Source: Podarcis pityusensis (taxonomy: Eukaryota). Taken from it: a stretch of DNA of 64,000 nucleotides. The notes beneath the pieces were generated by a model, which had not been told where the DNA came from, searched no databases, and saw nothing but the letters and a program-made list of their open reading frames with translations. A program made the position numbers and the translations under genes. The DNA lies in assembly GCA_964106645.2 (NCBI GenBank), contig OZ067042.1; one strand, written 5' to 3'. Positions within the stretch are counted from its first letter, which is position 1, and each line of letters starts with the position of its first letter. Positions 1-11,780 of this stretch are shown in pieces.

Positions 1-865
1 CACAAAAGTGCATCCAGATTCGCAAATATTTGCATGGACTATATTAAAGCTCCCAGTATTGTGGGGGGAGGTTCAAGGAAAAATAACAACAAAGGCAAAA
101 TGTTATTTGGTATAGTCAAATGTAAAGCAACAGTATTTGATTTCCAAAACTGCAGTGGTTTTCCCAACTCAAAAATAACTTTGCATGTCAACACAATATG
201 ACGCATATCGCCTCGTTAACTATTTGTATGTTAGCATGAGATTTAATTTTATCTACTCCTGCAATTTTTTAATATTTATTGTAACCAGCTTCTGTTTATA
301 TGATGTTATTCCACTGTATGTCGGTGTTGCACCGTAAACAGTGTCTGAACTGTATAAAAAAAATTAAAATTTATGAACCAAACATTATGGTTTCAAGAAA
401 CTGAATCTTTAGCTATTCATTACCTGTGACAACCTTTGCAGAAGATTTTTGCCATATAGTAACCATGAATGTTTCATCTCAGTGCAACTACAGGTGAAAC
501 TCGGAAAAATTAGAAAATCGTGGAAAAGTTCATTTATTTCAGTAATTCAACTTAAAAGGTGAAACTAATATATGAGATAGACTCATGACATGCAAAGCGA
601 GATATGTCAAGCCTTTATTTGTTTTAATTGTGATGATCATGGCATACTGCTGATGAAAACCCCAAATAGAAAATCTCAGAAAATTAGATTAAATGAAATC
701 AGCAAAACAAGGACTGCAAATAGAGCAATATTGGACCTCTGAGAAGTAGAAGCATGCATATGTACTCAGTACTTGGTTTGGGCCCCTTTTGCATCAATTA
801 CTGCCTCAATGCGGCGTGGCATGGATGCTATCAGCCTGTGGCACTGCTGAGGTGTAATGGAAGAG

Positions 866-1160
866 TGCAGCTGTCTACCAGGAGATTTTGGAGCACTTCA
901 TGCTTCCTTCCGCAGACGAGCTTTATGGGGATGCTGACTTCATTTTCCAGCAGGACTTTGGCACCTGTACACACTGCCAAAAGTACCAAAACCTAGTTCA
1001 ATGCCCATGGGATTACTGTGCTTGATTGGCCAGCAGACTCGCCTGACCTGAACCCCATAGAGAATCTATGGGGCATTGCCAACAGAAAGATGAGAGACAT
1101 GAGACCGAGCAATGCAGAAGAGCTGAAGGCTGCTATTGAAGCATCCTGGTCTTCCGTAAC
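866..1160 (+). pseudogene. Tc1 (DD34E-type) transposase C-terminal remnant
   Basis: Reads ...VYQEILEHFMLPSADELYGDADFIFQQD / [37 protein letters not shown], with a frameshift and a stop. The FQQD and SPDLNPIE motifs are present. Confidence 0.9.
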
Positions 1161-1297
1161 ACCTGCATGGTTTTCATCAGCTGTACGCCATGGACATCAC
1201 AATTATAACAAATAAAGGCTTGACATATCTTGCTTTGCATGTCATGAGTCTATCTCATATATTAGTTTCACCTTTTAAGTTGAATTACTGAAATAAA

Positions 1298-2700
1298 AGA
1301 ACTATGGATGGAGGCTCACAACATTATACAGGAGGCAGCAACAAAAACCATCCCAATGAAAAGGAAATGCAAGAAAGCAAAGCAAAATGGCTGTCCAACG
1401 AGGCCTTACAAATAGCGGGGGAGAGAAGGCAAGCAAAATGCGAGAGAGATAGTGAAAGATACAGGAAATTGAATGCAGATTTCCAAAAAATAGCAAGGAG
1501 AGACAAGGTCTTCTTAAACGAGCAATGCAAAGAAATAGAGGAAAACAACAGAATGCGAAGAACCAGAGATCTGTTCAAGAAAGAAAGAGAGTTCCAGAAA
1601 GACATCTACTTCTGCTTCATTGACTATGCAAAAGCCTTTGACTGTGTCGACCACAGCAAACTATGGCAAGTTCTTAAAGAAATGGGAGTGCCTGATCACC
1701 TCATCTGTCTCCTGAGAAATCTCTATGTGGGACAAGAAGCTACAGTTAGAACTGGATATGGAACAACTGATTGGTTCAAAATTGGGAAAGGAGTACGACA
1801 AGGCTGTATATTGTCTCCCTGCTTATTTAACTTATATGCAGAATTCATCATGCGAAAGGCTGGGCTGGATGAATCCCTAGCCGGAATTCAAATTGCCGGA
1901 AGAAATATCAACAACCTCAGATATGCAGATGACACAACCTTGATGGCAGAAAGTGAGGAGGATTTAAAGAACCTTTTATTGAGGGTGAAAGAGGAGAGCG
2001 CAAAATATGGTTTGAAGCTCAACATCAAAAAAACTAAGATCATAGCCCCTGGGCCCATCACCTCCTGGCAAATAGAAGGGGAAGACATGGAGGCAGTGAG
2101 AGATTTCACTTTCTTGGGCTCCATGATCACTGCAGATGGTGACAGCAGCCACGAAATTAAAAGATGCCTGCTTCTTGGGAGAAAAGCAATGACAAACCTA
2201 GACAGCATCTTAAAAAGCAGAGACATCACCTTGCCAACAAAGGTCCGTATAGTAAAAGCTATGGTTTTCCCAGTAGTGATGGATGGAAGTGAGAGCTGGA
2301 CCATAAAGAAGGCTGATCGCCGAAGAACTGATGCTTTTGAATTCTGGTGCTGGAGGAGACTCTTGAGAGTCCTATGGACTGCAAGAAGATCCAACATATC
2401 CATTCTGAAGGAAATCAGCCCTGAGTGCTCACTGGAAGGACAGATCCTGAAGCTGAGGTTCCAAGACTTTGGCCACCTCATGAGAAGAGAAGACTCCCTG
2501 GAAAAGACCCGGATGTTGGGAAAGATGGAGGGCACAAGGAGAAGGGGACGCCAGAGGACGAGATGGTGGGACAGTGTTCTCGAAGCTACCAGCATGAGTT
2601 TGACCAAACTGCGGGAGGCAGTGGAAGACAGGGATGCCTGGCGTGCTCTGGTCCATGAGGTCACGAAGCGTCGGACACGACTAAAAGACTAAACAACAAC
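1298..2700 (+). mobile_element. Bov-B (RTE clade) LINE, 5'-truncated with internal deletion; reverse transcriptase ORF 1304-2692
   Basis: RT motifs FIDYAKAFD, GVRQGCILSP and LRYADD. The C-terminus matches Bov-B as I recall it. (CAA)n tail at 2694-2700. 11-bp TSD actgaaataaa at 1287-1297 and 2701-2711. Confidence 0.95.
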
Positions 2701-3289
2701 ACTGAAATAAATGAACTTTTCCACGATATTCTAATTTTCCGAATTTCACCTGTATACCTCAGTGAAGATCATATAGCCATCAGTTAAATATCACTGGGTG
2801 ATGCATAACTTCATTCCTATTACCTTGCAACCAGAAAATCCATGAAGTTGGTTAGAATGCTATCTGATACCTGCTTATATCTGACTTTAATGTGAGTTTC
2901 GTTTGTTATGCAGGGAGGTGGTCACCAATTTTGGTATTTCCCCATTATTTCTCCCTTCTCCCAGCTTAAGCAGGCCTTGGATACAGCAGTAACTCTTCTT
3001 ACGTATCTCTCACAGTGTAACTATAGGATTGCTCCGTCCATTTAACTAAAGTTTTAAAAATAATGTTTTAACAAATTCATTGATTTTGGGGGATGTTTTC
3101 AGATGAGAGTTTATTGCTGAATCGGTTCTGCTCACGGGCAAAGCTATTTTTGTAGATTCTACGAATCATCATCAAAACATCAGCCCATATGTCCTTTATA
3201 TTTTCATGTACCATGAGAAACCTGGTGAGTGAAATATATATGGAAATCCTTTTCAACAGCAGAGTGAATAGGAGAAGTAGTCCTCGAAA

Positions 3290-4220
3290 TAAGCGCGGAA
3301 CTTCAGGGAGAAAGAAGAGCGGCAGCGTCTGGCGGAGCAGTGCTTCGGCCCGGCGGAGAGCCGAGGCGCGCGGCTGCGGAGGAACACTCCGCCCCCTCGC
3401 AGGTGGGCGGGGCAAGGGCCGGCGGGCGAGCCGGAAGCGGAAGTGGTGGTGGCGGCCGCGCTTTCTGCTGCGCGCGCGCCCGCCCGCCCGGCCTCCCGCC
3501 TTTCTCTTCCTCTCCGCCCGCGGCGCCATCAGGTAACAGCCCCGCAGCGAGCGCTGCTAGAGGGGCCGGGGGGAGCGGGGCGGCTTCCCCGGGAAACGGC
3601 CCGGGGTAGTGCAGCGGGCCTTCCCCCCCCCCCGGGGCGCGCGGCGGGGCGGGCGGAAGTCCGCTCCCGAGGCAGCCGTTAGGCGCGCGCGGCTGACAGC
3701 TCCTTCCGGCTTTGCTGGGGCGGAGGAGGCGCCGCGCGGGTTCCTAGACCGGCCTGCCGCTCTAGGGCGCGCGGCCGGCTCCCTCTCCAGTTTCCGCCGC
3801 TGCGGGAGCCGCGTCGCGGGAGAAAAGGTGAGGGGGACCCGAGGCGGAAGGGGGAGCTGGCATGTTATTCATTTGTGGCACTTGCTCCCCGCGGAAAAGC
3901 AACCCTGTTGTTTCTGTGTGTGGAATCTGTGTGCCGAGTCTTCATCCTTAGCTCTCAGGAGGGTTCGCGGCATGAAATGAGGACGCAAGAAGAGGCGGGG
4001 GAGCAAAAGCAAAGCCATGGCCCTCAGGCACATCTAAGGAGCCGTGGGACGGGGACCGGCCGAACGCCCCGGGGAGCAGGGTCGGGGTTTTCTGCCTGGC
4101 CCCTCAGGGTGCCCAGGGGAGGGTCCCGGGGGAGCACAGTCCCCGAGGCCCCTGGAGAGGAGGCAGGGACCGCCTCCCCCACCGATGGAGGGTTTGAACC
4201 CGGGCCTCTCCCAGGCCTCA
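3290..4220 (+). promoter_or_regulatory. NUP50: CpG island / NUP50 promoter
   Basis: Very GC- and CpG-rich block upstream of the first coding exon. GC box gggcgggg at about 3405-3412. Tandem ETS/GABP-type ccggaagcggaagtg at 3431-3445. No TATA box seen. Confidence 0.88.
3445..3532 (+). other. NUP50: Putative non-coding exon 1 of NUP50 (start approximate)
   Basis: Donor cag|gtaaca at 3532/3533 just downstream of the ETS motifs. The ATG lies in the next exon. Confidence 0.65.
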
Positions 4221-4257
4221 AGTCAAAGACTCTGGCCACGATCCTCATCCTAGTCAT

Positions 4258-4407
4258 ATTATTTATTACATTTCTATACCACCTTTTGTCTGAGAACCAC
4301 AGGGCTGTTTACCATATAAAAAAAACAAAGATACATAACATATTAACAAACAAAACAATGACCCAACAGGGTTTTAAAGGCCATAGCTTGTTTAATTAGC
4401 CAAAGGA
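4258..4407 (-). mobile_element. L2-type LINE 3' end fragment
   Basis: The reverse complement resembles the + strand copy at about 54225-54515. Confidence 0.55.
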
Positions 4408-7400
4408 GAGAAGAAGAATTAGTCTGGGGGAAGAGGAATGTTTTTGCCTGGCACCTATGGCACACTGGCTCTGATTTTGGGGCTTGGATTGCCACCTCCT
4501 GTTTTTCTGGTGTTGCCTATGTTCTATCAGCAGCAGCCTAAGCACAAAAGCACAGAGAAAGTTCAAGGTGGTGAGGCTTTTCTTTTTTTCCTTTGGCATA
4601 GAGTTGAGTGGCAAGTAAAACATTTCTTCCTTCTGAACTCTTCTGAGTGTTATGGTCCTGTTTAAAATACAGGGGCACAGCCTGTTTTTAAGTCTTGACA
4701 ACAGTGAATCCTTGCAGCTTGCCATAGCCCTGCCTTGATATTTGTTTTTATTTACCACCTACAGCACATTCCTCCTGTGAAGATGTGTGTGTATACTGCA
4801 TAAGAGCTGCTTGATTTGTGTGGTGCCTGGGTTTCAAAGGTATGTGTGAGTGGTTGGTCACGGGGGCCAGATTTGGAACGAATGTGAACTTTTAATGCCC
4901 TTTTTAAAGAAGTGGTTAAAATTACCGGTAGGTAGAGTGACTGCTTTTTGTCAGTCCTAGGCAGGGCAAGAGTTTGATTTCTAAAAGAAAAGAGAGTTGT
5001 CAGTAAACACTTCAGCTGCTTAATGTCTGTAAGTTAGGCAGCTGTTAGAGACACCAGGAGCAGGGGCCAGTTAAGAGAGAGAAAATGGGACTCATAGATG
5101 GGCTCCAGCTAGCTGGCCAGTCAACTCTCAAGCTTCAGAATTATTCCTTATCCTAAATGTGGTGAGGGTAGTTACTTAGTAGTGTGGGATATATAGTTTA
5201 TGCATGTTTAGAAATACTATCGCCTTGATTTCTTTATCTGATCAGATTGGAGGCCTGATGTTGGGAAAGAGGTTCTGGGTCAGATTAAGCCTTGTGGCAC
5301 TCTTCATATGCACCACAATGGTCGAAAAGCTAGAGTGTTTGGTTTGCATCTAAGAGATGTGAGCTCATGTCTGTTTTCAGACATGATTATACAGTGTTGC
5401 ATTGGGCAAGTGGCTTTTTCTCAGTTTTCTGTTTATACCAACCTGTCTTACAGGGCTTTTGTTGGGAAAACAGACTATGAATAACAACCCTTGCTACTAT
5501 CCCAGAAGCTAGAGGATGCTCTCCTCTTTGCCGCCACTGCATTATGACATCATCAACCACATATAGGAGCTGCTGCTTGCCTTCTTTGAAACATAGCTTC
5601 ATCTTCCAGCATTTTGAAAGCATTAGGAGATAGATCAGGAACTTCTGGTTTGTGGTGGTACAAGTGGGAAGCTTATAATGATTATGTACTATAAGTAAAC
5701 ATGAATTCACGGTGCTTGAATGTTTTGACAAGTGGGAGGCACAGGCTCACTTCTCATATCATTCCAAGTTATATGCCTCTATCCTCCTGAGGCAGACCAA
5801 TCTTGCCCCCCCCCCAAGTTTCTCCATTTGGCCCCCCAGACCACTTTGGGCATACTTTCCAGCTGTACACCTGACATCATACAGGCAAAGCCCCTTTGCT
5901 CAGCTTCCAGAGCATCCAACAACCAGCTGCTTGTCAGGAACACCTGACAGGTGGCTGTGCAAAACAGGATTAAACTTATCAGCTGATGCAAAGGTAGGGC
6001 GATCCTGCTTGGCCCAGGTATGTAAGAGAGCTCCCTGCAGAAAACCTGCTTCGTTTGGCTGTGCCTTCAAAGCAGAGATGTGATACATATGTGCCCTGAA
6101 GTTTAAGAGGTTGCACCCTATGATATTTCTACGCTGAACTTAGATATGTGCAAGGTGGGTACAGTGACTGCTCACAACACCACTTGATAATGCATTCTTC
6201 GTTGATTTGCTATGCTAAGGTAGTAGCCGTTTTGCAGTCTTATCAGCACAATCTATTTCTTTGGGGCTTAATCAGTCTCAAGAATTTACTCAAGTTACTT
6301 CCCAGTACCTGAGTAAATTTAAATTTCCAAAGCAAGGAATAATTGCTACCAACAGTTATTACTGTTGTGAATGGTCACTGTACACACTTGCATATTGCAT
6401 TTTGCATCTCATGCTCGTCTTGTGCTAATGTTAACATTGGGTGATAAGCAGCTATGACTTGCTGCTTGTGCAACTGACTTATTGCACAGTTTAGATTTCC
6501 TTGTCTACCCAAAAATCTTTTACAGAGGATCAAGGGACACTCTGGAGCAGATGGTATCACAGGGGACTTTGAGGGGGCAGGTGAAGGGGACATTCTCTTG
6601 CATCCACCTGCCTATTATTGGATGTTGCCTATTCTTTCGCCCCATGCATCTTTTTCAGTCAACTGACACACTAAATGCTTCAGCTGACTAATTCTTGATT
6701 GTTAGTCTGCTGTTAGAGAAATCAGGAAAAGGCCCACAAAAAAAGTAGACAGCTATAGGCTTTTGCTGACTTAAAGCACATTTCATGAGCTACATAAAGG
6801 CCTAATTTGAATGATTGTTTGAGGCATCTCAAACAGTTGGCTGTTCAAGACCTTTATGTAGTTGAAGAAGTGGGTGTTTAATTCCACCAAAGTTTATGCC
6901 ATGATAAGGTGCCACAAAACTTGGGATTGTAATTAACACAGTGCCAAAGAGATAGTATTGTCAGCAGAAGTATTTCTTCTTGCCTGATGGATCTCCTCTC
7001 TCTTCCCCCTGCATGCTGCTATGGGGATTTTCCTGATCCTCCAGAGCATCTTTGGGAAGTGTACACTGTGGCAGGAGAGTGGGAAAGCCCCATTGCGCTA
7101 GCAGGTATCATTGTGCTGGCAACAGTTTAGTTGAATGCAGCCCTTTGTTTTGGTGGGGAAATGTTAATCTTCATCGCGCCTGGAATTTGGTTTCCTTAGT
7201 ATCTGATAAGCAGGGAAGATAAAAGTAAATATGTTGTAGGTGTTAATAATTCAGACCATAAAAATAATGGAAAATATTCCTGAATGATACTAAACATTAT
7301 TATTCTATATGGGATGAAAGTGTTGAACTAGATCCGTGATGGCTAACCAACAAGAGTCCAAGAAGTAAATTCTAATTTGTGAAAAGTACCATGTAAGCAT

Positions 7401-8036
7401 AAAATTGAGTACATATGCAGTAGCTACCTTCTCCCAATGACTTGCTGTGCATTTGCTTCAAATATACTGAACCAGCGGACAAGTGGGAGTATAAATCTAA
7501 TGCATTCATGGCTGGACCACTACGTGTCTCCTAGTGTGCCACAAACATCCCTTTTCCAAACCTAAAATACTATGTAAAGGAGGAAGTAGTATTTCAATAA
7601 TGTGATGTTTTCATATACCATCAAAAGTAGCAAGTGACTGAAACTGTAAATTTGTTTTAATTCTATATTGAAACTCTTAATGAACTATTTCTGTGGGAAA
7701 TGTTGGTGCCTGTGTAGGTTCAACAGATAAGGAAACAGACAGGCTACTGGAGAACACCTTGAGATACATAAAGCAACATTCTTTTATGGATGAAATGGTT
7801 TACATTTGTCAGAATCTGATTACACTTTTTGTGACTTATTTAATTTTAACACTAAGGCATTACATAATGAACCATTTAGTGCATTTTAGTTTTTTTAAAA
7901 ATCCATCACAAGTCACTGAATTATTATGTAGTGTCTGGTAATGCAAGTTGCTTGCCACCTATTTAAAAACCACTAGATGTGAAGCATGGCTGATTACTCT
8001 TTTGTTTTATTTGTTCTAATACAGTAGTGCTGTACA

Positions 8037-8105
8037 ATGGCTAAGAGAGTAGCAGAAAAGGAGCTGACTGACAGGAACTGGGATCAAGAAGAAGAAACTG
8101 AAGAG
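8037..8105 (+). CDS. NUP50: NUP50 exon 2 (first coding; MAKRVAEKELTDRNWDQEEETEE)
   Basis: Matches the importin-alpha-binding N-terminus of NUP50. Acceptor acag|tag at 8024-8027, donor gag|gtaagg. Confidence 0.97.
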
Positions 8106-8330
8106 GTAAGGAAGGTCAGATGCTTTCATTAGAAATAAAATTGAAATAGTTGCTAGAATCAATAGGAAGATCATGGAAAACTAAATGATTGCATTTTATT
8201 ACTATGTTGGCACTGTATCGCAAGCTAAAAATAAAAAGAACAGATTATACCAGGTAAGCGGATTCTCCCTTGTAACTTTCATAGATCTATGGGCAACAAT
8301 TAATTGCAATCACATTCATGTAGCTAGTAT

Positions 8331-8723
8331 AGGGGCTGGCTCATTCACAAGGCAAGTGATCCATAGGCTGCAATGGCTGCAGCACACCTCATGGAGGCTG
8401 GATCTGCTGCCTTCTTGGCAGCTCCCCCACCCCCACCCTGCAGTGCTATCTCTACAGCAACATCTCAGCAGATAGGAGGCACTGCTTTTCTCCTCTCACC
8501 CCTAGGGAGGAAATGGCAGGAGCTGCCTTCTGGGGTCATCACCTCCCCCTTTACATCCTTTGATTCCAACTTCAGCTCTCAAGTAAGGTTGATTTGATTC
8601 CTCTCCTGGTTCCCAGTCTCTCTTGTTCCTGATGTAGATCTGCATTCACTCCTTCTTCCCTGGTGGGGAGGGGTACCATTTCACGGTTTGCCTCAGGTGC
8701 CAAAATGTATTGGGCAGGCCCTG
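8331..8723. mobile_element. Degenerate non-autonomous hAT-like DNA element
   Basis: GC-richer block with ends aggggctggc and gcaggccctg. No clean TSD. Confidence 0.35.
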
Positions 8724-9569
8724 GATGGTTTTGTCAGTTATATGCAATGGATGTGTTTTGCCTAAGAGTTGCAGTGTCAAGATTACATTTTGTGTAGTGA
8801 AAATCAAGGCTGTTATTCTAGTCCTTTGTCAAATGAGTGCAACAGAAAAAAGCTTAGAGGTCCTGGGGTGTTTGTGGTGCTAGGCTTTTCAGTAATTGCC
8901 CATCTCAGAGCATCAATAAACCTTTTCACATCTTTGCAAATGGAATGCACTTCCTGAAATTCAAAATGCCAATAACCAAAGCTGTTTCTAGTCTTCCTTA
9001 GCAGCTACTACCTACATTTCCATAAATCTGTTTTATTGGATTAGAAAACTTGCAATCATCTCAAAGGCCATAAGTGAAACCTGATGCCATTAAAATTAGT
9101 TCAGATTTTTTCCTTTGACCTTAACTGTACATAAGTTGTGTCATATGTTGTATCAGCAACCTAATAACTTCATGAATGTATTCAATTTTGGCTCCTTGTT
9201 TCCGGTGCTCCAGGAATGGAGTTTCTCCCAACACTGTGTGAGAGAGACAGATGGAGATAATCAGATAATGATGGGGGAATTTCATTATCTGTTTTCCTCT
9301 TTGGTTGGAAGAGGGACCAAGCTCTCACCCGCAGTTTGCCTGGCGGTCTGGCACTTGCTTCCCCATGGAATGCAAGGGCAGGCAAAGGCACTGGGTGCAT
9401 GGAGTACTCTGGCTGCCACAAACCCACCCCCCCATCCCGTTCCTGGTTATCCTGTTAATTGGGATTTAATAGGAGCAAACTACAGGCCAGAGACGATGAG
9501 ATAAGAAACTGAAAACAACCCAGCTACAAAGATGTAAAAGGTTTGGACTGAGAGCGGATTTCTGAGAGC

Positions 9570-9783
9570 AAAGGGCCTTCTCGGTAGTAGTGCCTGCCCT
9601 GTGGAACTCTCTCCCAGCAGATGTCAAGGCAATAAACAACTATTTTACTTTTAAAAGACAACTGAAGGCGGCCCTGTTTAGGGAAGTTTTTAATGTCTGA
9701 TGCTGTATTGCTTTTAATATTCGGTTGGAAGCTGCCCAGAGTGGCTGGGGAAACCCAGCCAGATGGGCAGGGTATAAATAATA

Positions 9784-9817
<34 letters not shown>

Positions 9818-9835
9818 TATTACTATTACTATTAC
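9570..9835 (+). mobile_element. L2-type LINE 3' end with (ATT)n tail
   Basis: agggccttctcggtagt...ctgtggaactctctccc...gatgggcagggtataaataat, followed by an (ATT)n microsatellite at about 9785-9835. Confidence 0.8.
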
Positions 9836-10383
9836 TGTTATACCCTAAATCAGTTAGGAACCAATTTGGCATGTTCTGACATATTTAATGTGTTGATTTT
9901 ACTTAGTTTTACTTATTTCACAAGTTTTCCTAATATCCCATAGTAGTTGCAATGAAAAATTTGATTAGGAAAAAAAGGCATTGAAGCACACAATATATTT
10001 TAAATGCTATATTCAAGCAGAAACCTGTTAAGTATATTGACATAATTTTTTATGTTATAAAGGTGGAAATTATTTGACTTGCTATTGACGCAAATTTGGG
10101 AATGTTTCTTGATAAAGCAGGGCTTACAGAGTCTAAATATTTTTGTAGCAGTCAAGTGATAAGCCCTTTATCGACAAAAGATTCACAAGTAGTTTTTGTA
10201 AAATGCTATTATTAAAGCTGAATATACAATGTCTATTTGCTTATTATAAAATGTTGAGCCTTATAGTGTTAAAAGTGAATGTGTATTTTGAAATTAGAGT
10301 TTTGTAATACAAGGGAATCAAGAAGCAATTTTCTGTGTGCAAGTGGAACCTTGTTTGTTCTAAGAATATAATATTCCTTGCAG

Positions 10384-10467
10384 GTGGGAACGTTCTCAGT
10401 GGCCAGTGAAGAGGTTTTAAAGAACAGAGCAATTAAGAAGGCAAAGCGTAGAATTGTGGGGTTTGAG
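10384..10467 (+). CDS. NUP50: NUP50 exon 3 (VGTFSVASEEVLKNRAIKKAKRRIVGFE)
   Basis: ttgcag| acceptor and |gtacat donor. 84 nt, phase 0/0. KKAKRR motif. Confidence 0.97.
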
Positions 10468-10866
10468 GTACATAAATGCACTAATTTTATAATAAATGTC
10501 TGATTCTTGGGCCAACCATTTGTATTGCCAAAAATGCACAGGTAATTGCTTCTTATGTGGAAAGTACTGTAAATAATGATGCACAAATTCAGCCAAGTAT
10601 TGAAATGGCTGAAGGTTGTTTTGACGAAATATAACATTTCCTGTTTGAAGTGAACTGCACCTAGGAAATTCATATTGTGTGAAATGTCCCCAAAGGAGAG
10701 CAGAATGTTGAAAACAGTTGGAGGAAGACAAGAGTGATAGAATACTTCCCATATTTATTTCACCACTCTTTCTAGGAGCCTTGCAGTTGGAGTTGCAGAT
10801 GTTTGCAGTTTTCAGTTTGTCTGTTAAAAGCGATTTTATTGCTGGTGAATTCCATACTGATTGCAT

Positions 10867-11070
10867 TCACATGACACAGCAAGCCAAACTGTGACTTACC
10901 AGGATCTCACAAATGTACAGGCTCACAGAAAGAAGCCTGCAGCCACGTTGTTCCTCCATGGTCTTTTTACTGCCACACTGAGCTAAGCCGAAGTTTGGCT
11001 TAGTTTGTCATGTGAACCAGGACTCATGATTAAGGTCTCACCTTGCATGCGAAGCCAAGCCTTTGTTTGT
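10867..11070. repeat. Old palindromic repeat (related sequence at about 14940-15210 and 39510-39830)
   Basis: Inverted arms ttcacatgacacagcaagccaaact and agtttggcttagtttgtcatgtgaa. The (t)ggcttag motif recurs in the other copies. Confidence 0.5.
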
Positions 11071-11590
11071 TAATGTGTGTGTTACTGTTGATTGCTCTCT
11101 ATATTGAAGGGTGGGGGTAGCCCTTCAGCTGGCTCAGGAGTAAGTGATTACTCTGAGCGCTCAGGTTTTGTCCACATGGGTTGGGTTTTCTTTAATCAGA
11201 AGATACTATTTGTCTTGTGATAGTGAATCTAATTTCACAATGGCTCAACATGTATTGGCTGGTCGACACATACATGTACACTTCATTGGTACCCATGGGT
11301 TAAAGGCAAGTCAAATGTCTGAACTATCTTCATGGAAAAGATTCTTAATGTTTGGTGATAAGAACATTCCATACTTAGTTTCCAGTGATGTCTGGAATGA
11401 TACATTTCATCATTTGATGAATATGTGTGTGAGAATCAGACAGGGACCAAATATAATATGTCCTGTAGAATATTTACCTTGAATAAGGGAAGCAAAGATT
11501 TTGTATGGGTGGACATTAACATAATCATACTGATGGGACTTTGTGGGGATACAGCTGAAAAGTGAGATAACTGTTTTACATCTCTTTCAG

Positions 11591-11780
11591 GCTGAGAGTG
11601 GTGGAGCTTTTAAAGGTTTTAAAGGTTTCGTTTTGCCGTCTGGAGGTGGAGGATTTTCTGGCTTTGGCAATGGCACCGGAACAAAGCCTTTAGGGGGGCT
11701 ATCCAATGGTGGCGGCAGCATTGCAAATAGCTCATCGTTCACCAATTTAAAGACTGCTGCTGAAACAACTACTACATTTA
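11591..11780 (+). CDS. NUP50: NUP50 exon 4 (AESGGAFKGFKGF...)
   Basis: tttcag| acceptor and |gtaagt donor. 190 nt, phase 0/1. Confidence 0.95.

Larger units (their letters stand above)
491..2752 (+). mobile_element. Tc1-like DNA transposon, internally deleted and interrupted by Bov-B
   Basis: TA at 489-490 and 2753-2754. About 170-bp terminal inverted repeats: 491-661 versus 1169-1297 plus 2712-2752 (caggtgaaactcggaaaa...ttttccgaatttcacctg). Transposase remnant inside. Confidence 0.93.

Noticed and set aside
1888-2664. 258-aa minus-strand ORF
   Set aside because: It is the antisense shadow of the Bov-B RT frame and has no independent motifs.
3077-4399. Cluster of Arg/Gly/Ala/Pro-rich ORFs
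   Set aside because: These are expected from stop-codon depletion in a CpG island.
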